Made by a program: the position numbers and the translations under genes
The notes under the pieces: model-generated
Database searches by the model: none
What the model saw: the letters and a program-made list of their open reading frames with translations, nothing else
Told to the model about the DNA's origin: nothing
Source: a virus
Length of the DNA: 64,000 bases
Strand: one strand, 5' to 3'
Virus record (IMG/VR): IMGVR_UViG_3300012001_000009
Location: 7,989 to 71,988 of that record
Shown: positions 27,021 to 37,063 of the stretch, in pieces
Layout: each line of letters opens with the position of its first letter
How positions within the stretch are numbered: the first letter of the stretch is position 1

Positions 27021-28822
27021 TATTGAAGTCCATTGTTGGCGTTAGAAGCGAAGGCGAATTTTTGCACCGACGGACCGATAGTGCCTGCTATTTCTTTTGC
27101 ATTTGTAGCAGCGGTATTTATTTGTATCGTGTTTATCTTTACATCTGTTTTCGAGTTATTGCCACCCATGATTCTTGCTCGGGTAGATTGCAATGCGCGT
27201 ATTTCCTCATCCAATGTCATCGAGGCGTGGTTGTTCGCAATACCTGCGTACCTGCTTTTACCTGTTTTAGGATCGACCGCACTTGCCCATTCTTTGGACC
27301 ATGCGCTTAACGCGGCTATCATGTTGTTACTTTTGCCACTGATATAATTCCAAATGTCTTTCTGCTTACCCATTACAAGGTATTGCTCGAAAATTTTGTC
27401 TTGGGTGGTTTTGTTGAACTTTTCATTACCCGACATACCTAACGCCTTAACAGCGTCGGCGAGGGTTTCTTTAATCACTTGATAGCGTCCTGCTGCATTG
27501 AATTGCCCCGCTTTCTGAGCGCTCATAACCTGCGCTACGGTCATTGCATCAAGATTAGCAGTTGACGCCTTGTAGCCGCCTTTCTGACCCGTGTTGACGC
27601 TATTGTAGCCGCCCTCTCCCCTAGATAACAGCTTTGCGAATGCAGAATCGGCCAGTACGCTGCTTCGAGGCATTAGGTGAATGCGATCGGCGTCTCCGGG
27701 GGGTTTCAAGCCAAGTTTTTCTCGTTCTTGCCTGAGGTATTCTTTTGCAGCCGGGTTTCCCCACCAAGCCATGGCGTGAATAGTTGCAGTCTTTAAAGGA
27801 TTGTCATCTTTTATACCTTTTTTCTCTTTTGTCTTGGCAACTTCGTTGTATTCCTTAATTTCAGTAGACGCGCTATGTATCCAACCGAAAATGTTTTTCC
27901 AGCCCTCCGCGACAAGTTTTAAAATCGGACCTGCGATAGTACCTAAATCAGAAATAGCTGTGGCGACGCCGTCCACGGTAGAATCAATATTCTGATCCAT
28001 GAATGTTTGGTTGGAATCTGACCATGCGCCCATGTCCTCCACGATTTTCATTACCGCAGGGCTCAACCTGTTCAAAATGCGACGACCTAACGCTTCACCG
28101 CGGTCCTTCAGTTCCTCCCATGCAACAGTGCGTTCCTTAGCCAGCCTAAGGTCCTCGTCATTTACGGAATTTAACTTCCTCTGACGATCGAGGAGGACCT
28201 CGATTTGACCAGCGGTTTCCCGCAGCATGTTAATGGTGTTTTCGCTGTAGCCCGCCTGCTGCCCTAGAAACTGCGCATCCCCAGGTGTAGCGCGTGCCAA
28301 CGCCTGCTGAATCATTTTTAATTTTTCAGGCAGTGGTGTAGCGGCATTTAAAAACTTGCCCATGTCTACGCCTGCCTGGGGTAGCCAACGAGTCAAAGCC
28401 TCAGGAGCAACACCAAATTTCAATTGTTCGACAAGCTTTTGAGTGGTTCTAAATGCATTGTCGATATCTTCATTACTGCTACCAAATTTTCTAGCAACCC
28501 CCTCCCATGAGGACAGTGTTTCAATACTTATGCCCAGCGCGGCAGACAGGCGCCCTACTGCTGCGTCGGATCGAGTTACGTCCCCGATAAATGAAGTTAT
28601 GCCTTTAGCTGCCATAAAGGCAGTTGCGACACCCAACACCTCATTACGAATTTTTGAGAAACCTTCAGCAACACGTTTCCCAGACAGTTCCATGTCCTTG
28701 GTGGTCTTGCCTGATTGGTGTTTCAGCTTCTTTAGCGAGGCTTCAGATTCTTTATTCCCTTTGGTAAAATTCGTGGGATCAAGACCTAGCGTAACTACCA
28801 ATGCGTCGATAACTGTGGCCAC
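27020..28822 (-). CDS. Tape measure protein with C-terminal lysozyme-like domain
   Basis: Starts ATVIDALVVTLGLD; helical body; C-terminal GEGGY...AAGRYQ...EWAS. Confidence 0.85.
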   Translation of the reverse strand: MATVIDALVVTLGLDPTNFTKGNKESEASLKKLKHQSGKTTKDMELSGKRVAEGFSKIRNEVLGVATAFMAAKGITSFIGDVTRSDAAVGRLSAALGISIETLSSWEGVARKFGSSNEDIDNAFRTTQKLVEQLKFGVAPEALTRWLPQAGVDMGKFLNAATPLPEKLKMIQQALARATPGDAQFLGQQAGYSENTINMLRETAGQIEVLLDRQRKLNSVNDEDLRLAKERTVAWEELKDRGEALGRRILNRLSPAVMKIVEDMGAWSDSNQTFMDQNIDSTVDGVATAISDLGTIAGPILKLVAEGWKNIFGWIHSASTEIKEYNEVAKTKEKKGIKDDNPLKTATIHAMAWWGNPAAKEYLRQEREKLGLKPPGDADRIHLMPRSSVLADSAFAKLLSRGEGGYNSVNTGQKGGYKASTANLDAMTVAQVMSAQKAGQFNAAGRYQVIKETLADAVKALGMSGNEKFNKTTQDKIFEQYLVMGKQKDIWNYISGKSNNMIAALSAWSKEWASAVDPKTGKSRYAGIANNHASMTLDEEIRALQSTRARIMGGNNSKTDVKINTIQINTAATNAKEIAGTIGPSVQKFAFASNANNGLQ

Positions 28823-28825
28823 ACT

Positions 28826-28999
28826 TCACTCCTTGATATTTTCCTGCGCCGCTATTCTTTGATTGTGAGAATCCACCGACACTATTTCCAGAAGGGCGTA
28901 TAAGTCCTCCGTTCCGTAGACTGTATCTAATTCATGTAAGGTGGCTAATCGGCTGGATATTACTGCGCCTAGGGCTCTTGGAACATTAACGTATTCCAT
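28826..28999 (-). CDS. Tail assembly chaperone T segment (frameshift extension; not in ORF track)
   Basis: MEYVNVPRALGAVISSRLATLHELDTVYGTEDLY..., in the -1 frame of the upstream chaperone. Confidence 0.75.
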   Translation of the reverse strand: MEYVNVPRALGAVISSRLATLHELDTVYGTEDLYALLEIVSVDSHNQRIAAQENIKE

Positions 29000-29031
29000 A
29001 TATATGCCGCTAGGCGTTTTATTATCCAGGT

Positions 29032-29436
29032 TTAGCTCGCGGCGTCGGTAAAAAAATCGGTGTGCAGTGCGAACACCTCCTTACGAAGTTTAAGCCGGGT
29101 AACAACCTCCTCAACGTCGTCCTCTATCAAGTAACGAACGACCTGCGGTTTAGCTGGGTCTGGTACGATCTGTATGCAAGAGAACATTTCATCCAGTAGG
29201 GGCTTGGCGTCCTCGAAGCGCATACCGCCAAGCATTTTTAAACCCATAGCTGCAACACCCGCTAGACCAGCTTGCGCGATATCGTCTGGAATTTCTACCC
29301 CGCCCCTCGCGGCGGCCAGTATCACTCGAACAGCCCAATCCTCAGCTTGTGAGGCGGACATTTCTCGCAGGAGGAACGTCTTACCTTGATCCCGTCCCTC
29401 CGCGTCGATTGTTACCAGTGCAGTTTTGCGAGCCAT
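29032..29436 (-). CDS. Tail assembly chaperone G
   Basis: EGRDQGKTF..EMSA.QAEDWA; lies between tube and tape measure genes. Confidence 0.8.
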   Translation of the reverse strand: MARKTALVTIDAEGRDQGKTFLLREMSASQAEDWAVRVILAAARGGVEIPDDIAQAGLAGVAAMGLKMLGGMRFEDAKPLLDEMFSCIQIVPDPAKPQVVRYLIEDDVEEVVTRLKLRKEVFALHTDFFTDAAS

Positions 29437-29867
29437 TAGATAGGAGCTCCGAGTGCCGATTCCCATTTGATCTGGAATTTGCGAGGTTGCAGAAGTTTTT
29501 TGGCTTCCGATAACGGCGTGTAGTTTGTCAGAATACCGTTAGACAGAATATACGCCTTCCCGATGCTTGGCTGGACCGCTGTACCAAACGCGCTGTAGAC
29601 TTCCCTGGCTGCTTCTTGTGCAGAATACCAGGCCTCAAAAAAGTCATTAGACTTGCTGTTAGCCTGTAGGGTAACATTCATGTTTTTGATCTGAGGGATC
29701 CAGCCTGCTGCCATTCTTCCGTCAGCACCCATTTGGACCTCCGCTGATTCGATCATGTCCATGGAGAACATGTCATCGGTGGCGAACCCTTGAAGCTGCT
29801 GAGGTATTGCAAACAGGCTTGTAACACCAATTAGCAGTACGCTATTGGCTGAGGTGATAGAGGACAT
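29436..29867 (-). CDS. Tail tube protein
   Basis: LQGFATDD and MGADG; follows the sheath gene. Confidence 0.8.
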   Translation of the reverse strand: MSSITSANSVLLIGVTSLFAIPQQLQGFATDDMFSMDMIESAEVQMGADGRMAAGWIPQIKNMNVTLQANSKSNDFFEAWYSAQEAAREVYSAFGTAVQPSIGKAYILSNGILTNYTPLSEAKKLLQPRKFQIKWESALGAPI

Positions 29868-29889
29868 TACTATTTCCTTTCAAGTGGAA

Positions 29890-31620
29890 TTATTGTACTT
29901 CGACCGAGGCGAGGTTAAGTTGCTGTACGCTTCCGCCGTCCATATACCAGAACGTCATTGGCGGAGACTGACGATTGGCGCGAGTCTGAGGAGAGGCAGG
30001 CAGAACTTGCAAATACCAACCTTGCGCGAAAAGCGTCTGGTCGATTGGGAGACCTGCTGCGGTATTTACTTCCGCAGCTTGCGAGGATGATAGAACGACA
30101 CCTGGCTGGAAAGCCCCGAAGTTCAAACCTTGCAAAATAACATTCATGCAAGCGGCACGAATCAGACTGTATCCTACCGTATTGTACGGGATGCTTTTCA
30201 CGCTGGTCAAAAGAACCATTAGCGAAAGCTGGAACTGATTGTTTAGCCAAATCTGATCCACGTAGCTATCAGCCCATTCAAACGCGCCGCTAATGCTGCC
30301 CGGATAGAAAAATACAAACCCGTCGTTTGCTGTGGCATACGAACCATAAAAATTGTAACCGTTGGCGATTAAATTGTCACCGGTGGTTTGGTCCGTTACA
30401 GTAGGGTTCATACCTGATTGCGATTTAAACGCAAACGTGGCACGCCCTTGCAACTCGGTAAAATCAATCGATGCAGCCATACCGCAAACAAACGGCGCCA
30501 GAGTACGATCTGGATCGTAGATAACAATCGACCCGTCCGTTTTATTCGTTTTAAGAAGGTAGCCAAGGCTGGTTGTAGCTGCGGTGGATTCTGTTGGAGT
30601 GATATCACCATCCGACACCGCATAAACGTACCGCTTATTTTGCAAACCATTCCAGTTGGCAAAGGCTTGTTTAAGCGTATTGCCAGATCCGCCGTCAGGG
30701 TCCACTAACGTCATAAAGGACGCAAAGTTGGTGGTCTTGTTAATGATCGCGTTCATCAAGACACTAGGGGTAGTGGCACCAGCCCCTTGCGATAGCGTGG
30801 CACCTGTCGCGGAGGTTAGTTTAAGACCTGTGGACAGCGTTCCTGTTGCGAAAGCCGCTGAAGAATTCGCGCCAGTGAAACCCGAGGTAATAACAAATGC
30901 ACCCGATACGCTGTCATAACTAACAGCAACGTTAGTGCCAGATGCAGTCATAGGTTGACCGACGCCGATCGTGGACGATTGGCTCAAAATGTAAGTCCCG
31001 AGGCCGCCAGTGCCCGTGCCCAGTGCAGTGATAATGCTATTCGCCGTTACGCCAGAACCTGTGACAGTCTGACCGACTGCAAATGAGCCCGTAAAGGTGC
31101 CTGCGACCGTCATAGTGGTGCCAGAAATCGTCCCGAGTGAGCAAGTAGCGGCCTGAGGCGGCGAGGCGTTTAAGCCCGATTGAATCAGAGTTGCGGCAGC
31201 GGAGAAGCTTGCAGCGCCCGACAGATCGACAGAGGCGGCGGTGCGGGTGTACCCGTCGATAGCCGCAATCACTGAACCTGTGCCGAGTGCATTGATATCT
31301 GCCACAGCCATTGCAGAAACGTTGCCGCCACGAAGGTAGCCCGCAACAGCCGATTGGTTGTATTGCGCAAACAACATTGCGCCCGGTTTGATATTTGAAT
31401 TTTCAAACCCTGCGAAATAGATATCCGCATTGGTGCCCTCGGATGACGAGGCTCCGAAAAAAGCTTTAACGCCAGTAGGTGACGGGAACGACAGCACAGA
31501 TCCGATAGGTACTCGGGTGCTATCAGTTAGAATCAGTCCGGAAAGATTAAGACCGGAACCGCCTGCGCTCAAAACGCTAGGGTTCACCGTTACAATAGCG
31601 CTTGCTGGAATTGTGGACAT
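29890..31620 (-). CDS. Tail sheath protein (DUF3383-like)
   Basis: Starts TIPASAIV.VNPSVL; GYNFYG; ends WYMDGGSVQ. Confidence 0.88.
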   Translation of the reverse strand: MSTIPASAIVTVNPSVLSAGGSGLNLSGLILTDSTRVPIGSVLSFPSPTGVKAFFGASSSEGTNADIYFAGFENSNIKPGAMLFAQYNQSAVAGYLRGGNVSAMAVADINALGTGSVIAAIDGYTRTAASVDLSGAASFSAAATLIQSGLNASPPQAATCSLGTISGTTMTVAGTFTGSFAVGQTVTGSGVTANSIITALGTGTGGLGTYILSQSSTIGVGQPMTASGTNVAVSYDSVSGAFVITSGFTGANSSAAFATGTLSTGLKLTSATGATLSQGAGATTPSVLMNAIINKTTNFASFMTLVDPDGGSGNTLKQAFANWNGLQNKRYVYAVSDGDITPTESTAATTSLGYLLKTNKTDGSIVIYDPDRTLAPFVCGMAASIDFTELQGRATFAFKSQSGMNPTVTDQTTGDNLIANGYNFYGSYATANDGFVFFYPGSISGAFEWADSYVDQIWLNNQFQLSLMVLLTSVKSIPYNTVGYSLIRAACMNVILQGLNFGAFQPGVVLSSSQAAEVNTAAGLPIDQTLFAQGWYLQVLPASPQTRANRQSPPMTFWYMDGGSVQQLNLASVEVQ

Positions 31621-31654
31621 TTGTTACTCCAAAAAATATGAATCAAAACTATCG

Positions 31655-32206
31655 TTAGGTAGGTGGATAAACTGCGTCCACATCGATCAGGTTAATCGCC
31701 AATTGTGCTGCAAAATCTTGTGCGTTGGTAAGGACTGGATTGCATTGCATGACTAAATCGATAGACCATCTTAGCTCTATCTGCTGTTCGCCATTTGTAA
31801 AAGGCATGTGGCGTGGCTCGCTCGCGTATAGCGGCCTAACGTCGTATATCGATTCCGCAAACTTATCGAAACCGAAGTCAGATTGAAAGAGTGTGGTTAT
31901 AATTTGCGTATAGTCCGCACTCAAAGGACCGTGTACGTCAACCTGCATCGTAACCTTAGTAGGCTCCGTGTCTTTTCGTATCTGCGGGTCGTCGGGGTAT
32001 CCATCTGAGTATTCAGTAAAATTAGTGGATAATCGTTCTCGTAGACCTAGAGGACTCATTAAAATATAATCGGGTGCAACAGGTTCTGATACCCTGTTGT
32101 CCTCGCCTCTGACAATTTCCATGCCTATCGGCATGATAGCTAATAGAAATTGTCGAAGAGCTATGAACGTTTGCGCCTCTGTCAAACTTAGCGTTATTGC
32201 CATCAC
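31655..32206 (-). CDS. Tail completion / terminator protein
   Basis: QVDVHG and PLYASEP; lies upstream of the sheath gene. Confidence 0.65.
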   Translation of the reverse strand: MMAITLSLTEAQTFIALRQFLLAIMPIGMEIVRGEDNRVSEPVAPDYILMSPLGLRERLSTNFTEYSDGYPDDPQIRKDTEPTKVTMQVDVHGPLSADYTQIITTLFQSDFGFDKFAESIYDVRPLYASEPRHMPFTNGEQQIELRWSIDLVMQCNPVLTNAQDFAAQLAINLIDVDAVYPPT

Positions 32207-32211
32207 ATTCC

Positions 32212-32592
32212 TTAACTGGTTTGCTGGGTAACTGCAACTTTAACCCAACCGTCCGCTGTAACCCAGTTTTCTAATATCTGCACAACCATCCAAATAGTAC
32301 CATCTTTAAGCGTTACTAAATCTCCGCCCTTAGAGTCGGGTCGCGACACACCTTCCCAATCACCGCTTATATACATGGCATGTTTTTCACCATTCATATT
32401 CACGCCTTCAAGCTGAATCAAATCCTTATACGTCAAGGACTGCATTTGAATTTGGACAGTGACAGGGTTGGTAAAACTTGGTGTGCGGGATCCGTCGGGG
32501 TTTGTAATGGACCCTGCTGATTGCCGGTATTGCCCTAGAACATAAGGATTAACTGCGCCGACAATCGGGCCCACTATGTTATGCAGATTCAT
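32212..32592 (-). CDS. Head-closure / neck protein
   Basis: MNLHNIV...KGGDLV...W.KVAV. Confidence 0.65.
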   Translation of the reverse strand: MNLHNIVGPIVGAVNPYVLGQYRQSAGSITNPDGSRTPSFTNPVTVQIQMQSLTYKDLIQLEGVNMNGEKHAMYISGDWEGVSRPDSKGGDLVTLKDGTIWMVVQILENWVTADGWVKVAVTQQTS

Positions 32593-32594
32593 GG

Positions 32595-33254
32595 TTATGC
32601 GGCATACGAAACGCTGTTAATGGCGCCGGTATTTGCACCCGCGGAACTGGTGACTAGCAGCGAGCATTCAATGGCGATATGCTGACCTGGAACAAGGCCA
32701 GGGCTGGTTATAGTGAACGACAAATCAGCCGCAATGGTAGCAGGCAATGTCACGGCCGGAGTTACGATAAGCGCAGCCTCGACGCCCTTTGTTTCCGTGT
32801 ATGCTGCCACTGTAAGGTTTGTGCTGGCCGCAGTAAGTGTGCCTGCACCGGTAACCACAGCATTCACTGTAATCTGGATGGATGCGCCGGGAATGTATGT
32901 GTCAGGCAGATCGAATTCAAAAAAAGCTTTATCGGTTGTGGCGCTGGCTGACGTTGTCTCACCAACCAATTGCATACTCGTTCCAGCGGTGCGAGCGATT
33001 CCGCAGGCGCCGCCAGTAGCTGTTGCACTTAGCCCAACACCCGTATCCGCCTTGGCATCTGTCAATCGCAGGTATCGCTGTGGCAAAGTTGCACCGATTG
33101 GAACAAACGTCACGGACGGGTCAGACAACACTTGACCGTTTTGAACGCTGGCAATGTAAAGTATTCCGCCGGGTACGACTACTGAATCCACCTTCAATAA
33201 ATTTCCGCTTCCAGCGGACGTTTGCGAGGACAGAATATTTGTTTTCGAGGGCAT
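32595..33254 (-). CDS. Beta-rich putative structural protein
   Basis: RBS aaggag; Thr/Ala/Gly-rich; inserted among the neck genes. Confidence 0.65.
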   Translation of the reverse strand: MPSKTNILSSQTSAGSGNLLKVDSVVVPGGILYIASVQNGQVLSDPSVTFVPIGATLPQRYLRLTDAKADTGVGLSATATGGACGIARTAGTSMQLVGETTSASATTDKAFFEFDLPDTYIPGASIQITVNAVVTGAGTLTAASTNLTVAAYTETKGVEAALIVTPAVTLPATIAADLSFTITSPGLVPGQHIAIECSLLVTSSAGANTGAINSVSYAA

Positions 33255-33371
33255 GCTAACTCCTTAATGTACGGCGTTCAAATTTCAAAATTGTGGCAGA
33301 CTTGCGAGTGGTTGGATAAAAGAATTCAATCCAAAACGTTAAATACAGCGGCCATAAAATCAACATGATAG

Positions 33372-33860
33372 CTACTCCAGTTTAACTTCATAATCTACGC
33401 TGTTAAGCATGTGTGAGGTATCGATCAAAGGTTTATCAATCGTGGTTGTTCGCTCTTGGTTTTTGTACTTTGCCAGCCGTGCCCTAACTGTCGATTCCGC
33501 CAGTTTAGGAGAATTGGTATCTATAATCGATTGCTGCATTTCACCTTTTATTTGGAGGCCCATCAGGTTTAGCGTTTTCTCGGCATCGTAATCTGTCGCC
33601 TTAAGTAATGCGGCAGTATCTTCGCCCCAGTGGTCTTGTTCCTTCGCGATCATGTTTCGGATAAATGGGCGAGGAGGCTGATTATGCGAAGGCACGCCAA
33701 ACTCATTTAATGCTGCGACCAGCGGCACCGAAGTGCCGTCCGGATAGGTCGCTCCTGCCAGAAAGCCAACGTTGACTACAGCTGGAGATTTTATCTTCCT
33801 TACATAGTCTTTTAGGCGTTCTTGAAGCCGATCACCTCCTTTAAAAGTCGAGGCTACCAT
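33372..33860 (-). CDS. Neck / tail completion protein
   Basis: ATYPDG, NEFG...PPRPF and KPLIDT. Confidence 0.75.
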   Translation of the reverse strand: MVASTFKGGDRLQERLKDYVRKIKSPAVVNVGFLAGATYPDGTSVPLVAALNEFGVPSHNQPPRPFIRNMIAKEQDHWGEDTAALLKATDYDAEKTLNLMGLQIKGEMQQSIIDTNSPKLAESTVRARLAKYKNQERTTTIDKPLIDTSHMLNSVDYEVKLE

Positions 33861-34291
33861 CGCGGTGTCCTCTCAAAAATTCTACGTGGACCAGGCGTGT
33901 ATTTCATGCACCTGTATCCTGCTGAAGCTTCCCAGAACGCGGCACCGTACTTCGTTTGAACAAACCACGCCATAGTTCCTGGGGTTTGGTCTGCGTACTG
34001 GGTTTGTACTGAAACACTTCCTTCTGTCGCGCTATTGATGCGCCCTACTAGAGGAGAGGCGGGCTGTCCTCCAATAGGAGCGTTCAATGCTGCGATATGG
34101 GCGGTTATCATATTCAATAGCATGGATCTTACACCATTAACGCTATCATCCTTTACAGGGCTGGTATCTGTGTTATCGCAATACAACTGCGCCTCATTGA
34201 AATATGCCTGAGCTAATGGCTGAGGCACGTATGAGGACAATTCGGGATACCGAATAGCCCATGAACCGTAATTGAATGCGACCGCAGCCAT
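33854..34291 (-). CDS. Head-tail adaptor (DUF4054-like)
   Basis: RYPE, GRINSATEGSVSV and QTKYGAAFW. Confidence 0.8.
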   Translation of the reverse strand: MAAVAFNYGSWAIRYPELSSYVPQPLAQAYFNEAQLYCDNTDTSPVKDDSVNGVRSMLLNMITAHIAALNAPIGGQPASPLVGRINSATEGSVSVQTQYADQTPGTMAWFVQTKYGAAFWEASAGYRCMKYTPGPRRIFERTPRW

Positions 34292-34292
34292 G

Positions 34293-34676
34293 TTAATCGT
34301 CCTTGTCGGAAAGCTTTTTGATACCCACAGTTTTGTCTTCCTGCAGCATAGGTTCCAGGCCATTTTTCAGACCAGCGTATTCCTTGGACTTAGCTACCGT
34401 TGATTCGCTTTTTTCCATAGCGAAAATCAGACCGTTTGCAACTGCGGGAAGTTCTTGATGCTTTGCCATCCAGTCCTCGAAATACTCGGACGGAACGCCT
34501 TCGGTAATTCCAAAGCCGCCAATAACACGGGACGAATTCGAGCCTCGAATGCTGACGCGACGTAGAGGCTTGCCCGGCTCGGCAAAATCCAAATGCAGGC
34601 CATTAGGTAGTTTGCAACCAACAGTTACGATATTGTTGGATTTTTGCACAGGGATTGGGTTTTGAACTGCTGCCAT
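34293..34676 (-). CDS. Conserved head-associated protein
   Basis: VGCKLPNGL; RBS ggag; follows the capsid gene. Confidence 0.7.
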   Translation of the reverse strand: MAAVQNPIPVQKSNNIVTVGCKLPNGLHLDFAEPGKPLRRVSIRGSNSSRVIGGFGITEGVPSEYFEDWMAKHQELPAVANGLIFAMEKSESTVAKSKEYAGLKNGLEPMLQEDKTVGIKKLSDKDD

Positions 34677-34687
34677 TTTAATTCTCC

Positions 34688-34724
34688 AAAAAGAAAACCA
34701 CCTAGAGTTACTAGGCAGTTTTCT
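34688..34724 (-). terminator. Terminator after the major capsid gene
   Basis: On the - strand agaaaactgcctag-taact-ctaggtggttttct followed by tttt. Confidence 0.65.
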
Positions 34725-34738
34725 AGGGTTGTAAAGCG

Positions 34739-35785
34739 TTAGATGCCGAGCATGGACGCGACGGCGTAAGGTTGCAGAACGACCGCGCCCCAGGTGCCTT
34801 GCGATTTTTTCTGTTTGAAGGACGAAGTGTCCCGCACGATTGCATGTGCCCGCATTTTTTCGGTGAAGGAACAATAGCCGGTCTTTTGACCTTCGATTGT
34901 TTCTGCGATCATTTGCATAAGGTTCCCGGTAGTCGAATTGGCGTACTGGGTAGCCGTTTCAAAACGAATGTTAGGGAAATTCTTTTTCAACAGATCGTAC
35001 ACATTCACGTTGTATTGATTGGTGGTCGTCAACGCAACACTGGACGCCGGCGACGTTGCAAGGACCAAAGATGCGTCCATTTCAACGAGGCCGCCCGACT
35101 GATTGACCAGCTGGGTGAACAGCGCTTGAATATCCGTGTAAATCTCATTCGCCGTTGCAGTCACCGAGTTATTGGTGATCCAAGGCCCTGAGGCGTTACT
35201 GTTGAAAACCTTGATGCCTGGAGCGATCGGAGGCAGCAACGCCGGGTCATTCAATAGACCATAGTTTTGCAGACCTGCCACGCCGTAGAAATACGTGTTG
35301 TTCTGGAATTTGTCCAGCACGATTGCCGAGGCGATGTTCAACTGGGAAGCCCAGTCGATCTTGGCGAGGGACGACACTTCCAGCTGACGTTCGCCCCATT
35401 GGGTCATGGTTTGATAGTGATACGATTGCCGCTGCGGGAAGGTGGCATTCGCATTGACCGAACCGCCTTCGTTATAGTCACCGTATGTGGTGACCTCGCC
35501 GGTGTTTTCAATCGTTGGGAATGTCGCTGTCAACGTTGTCCAGTCACCCTTCTTGGCTTCGCCAAGAATTTTTGCAGCTTTGTTTTTGGTGACAAGCACC
35601 TTGACAAATTCCGGGTCCAGGTAATTAGCCAGATACGCAGGAATGCCTGCATTGCTGACTGTTACCATTGCTGGCTGGGCATCCATCGCCATGCGGTCGG
35701 CCAGATAGTAGTCGAACGCTTCCTTGACAACAATGCCAAAAGTCTGTTCGAGAACATCTAGTTCTTTATTGCGGATAAGTTTCAT
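34739..35785 (-). CDS. Major capsid protein (DUF2184-like)
   Basis: AMDAQP, KKGDW, RQSYHYQT and YGLLNDP. Confidence 0.88.
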   Translation of the reverse strand: MKLIRNKELDVLEQTFGIVVKEAFDYYLADRMAMDAQPAMVTVSNAGIPAYLANYLDPEFVKVLVTKNKAAKILGEAKKGDWTTLTATFPTIENTGEVTTYGDYNEGGSVNANATFPQRQSYHYQTMTQWGERQLEVSSLAKIDWASQLNIASAIVLDKFQNNTYFYGVAGLQNYGLLNDPALLPPIAPGIKVFNSNASGPWITNNSVTATANEIYTDIQALFTQLVNQSGGLVEMDASLVLATSPASSVALTTTNQYNVNVYDLLKKNFPNIRFETATQYANSTTGNLMQMIAETIEGQKTGYCSFTEKMRAHAIVRDTSSFKQKKSQGTWGAVVLQPYAVASMLGI

Positions 35786-35814
35786 TTCATTTCCTTGTAA
35801 TTAGATCGAACAGA

Positions 35815-37035
35815 TTAACCCAGGGCCCAGGAACTGATTTTCACCAGTTCGCCGGCACCACCGTTGCTCATGCAAACCCATTTGGTTTCAACGTTGGAAT
35901 ACACGCCGAACGTTTGCGCAGTGATGGCCGTTTGATAAGTGTCGGTCAAATATGTACCCGCGCCACCCAAGCCAGTCAGATTTGGATTTTGTGCACCCGT
36001 TGCAGTGATGGTGGTTCCGGCGCCGACTGTGGCGCCAGTGACCACATCGTCAAGTCCCCATGTGCCTGTGGACGTTGCGTCCACCGTCAAGAACATAGCG
36101 TTGGCTGCTGTCATGGTACCCGCAGTCACTGCGGTTGCCGCCACCTGATTGGTCAGATAGATGCCCGCGCCGCCTGTCCCAGTGAGGACGGATGTGATTT
36201 TCGTTCCAGCTGTGAGCGAACCGCTAGAGGCAACCGCCAACGTTTGACCGACAGCGAACACGCCGGACGTATTAGCGCCCGTCAAGATCATCGTACCGCC
36301 CGACATAGTGACTGTGGTACTGGCAACCGTTTGCGAGATATTGACCGAATAGGTGCCCGTACTGCCAGTGGTGCCTGTCAACTGCGCCACAACAGTCGTT
36401 CCGGCAGCAACACCCGTGCCCGTCAGAACTTGCCCAGGACCAACTGCCATCGTAGCTGCACCCAGGGCGCTAACTGTCATGGTTGTACCTGCGATAGACG
36501 CGGTGCAGGTATTGGTAGTTGGCAGAGTTGCGCCGGTCGTTGCGGATACGATCTTAGCCAACGTTGCTGCTGTTGCACTTGCGCCGGCAGTAGGCGTACC
36601 AGTAGCTGCAAACGACACCTTGCCGTTTGAGTTATTGGCATATGCTTTCATGCCCGCAGTTGCAGCGGCCGTGCCGTCGTTTAGCACCCAGAAATCACCA
36701 GCGCTATGCAGCGTTAGCGGATACCCTTGCGGCACCAAATACGAATTGGACGACAAGAAGGCAGTAATCAGCGCTTGCTGTTCACGGTGCACGAAACCGG
36801 AAGGCAGACCAGCGCCGAAGCTGTTAACCGAGTTGTACGCATCGACCTCACCCGTATTGATGTTGCTGAGGCCGTTGGACGCAGCCCACGCAAAGCGGCC
36901 AACGAAAACGCCGGCAGCACCTGCGACCAGTGAGCCCGGTCCAGCGAGAACCGAAGCGCGGGGATTCGCGGATGCGAAATCGCCGGCTTGGGCTGGTGCT
37001 GGTTGGACATTTACTTGTGTTTGAAACTGAGACAT
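35815..37035 (-). CDS. Capsid decoration/cement protein with inserted repeat domains
   Basis: Core FQTQVN.QPAPA.AGDFASANP, GFVHREQQ and ETKW, interrupted by Gly/Thr-rich domains. Confidence 0.8.
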   Translation of the reverse strand: MSQFQTQVNVQPAPAQAGDFASANPRASVLAGPGSLVAGAAGVFVGRFAWAASNGLSNINTGEVDAYNSVNSFGAGLPSGFVHREQQALITAFLSSNSYLVPQGYPLTLHSAGDFWVLNDGTAAATAGMKAYANNSNGKVSFAATGTPTAGASATAATLAKIVSATTGATLPTTNTCTASIAGTTMTVSALGAATMAVGPGQVLTGTGVAAGTTVVAQLTGTTGSTGTYSVNISQTVASTTVTMSGGTMILTGANTSGVFAVGQTLAVASSGSLTAGTKITSVLTGTGGAGIYLTNQVAATAVTAGTMTAANAMFLTVDATSTGTWGLDDVVTGATVGAGTTITATGAQNPNLTGLGGAGTYLTDTYQTAITAQTFGVYSNVETKWVCMSNGGAGELVKISSWALG

Positions 37036-37063
37036 TTGTTTCTCCTATTAACCTGAATGTTGA

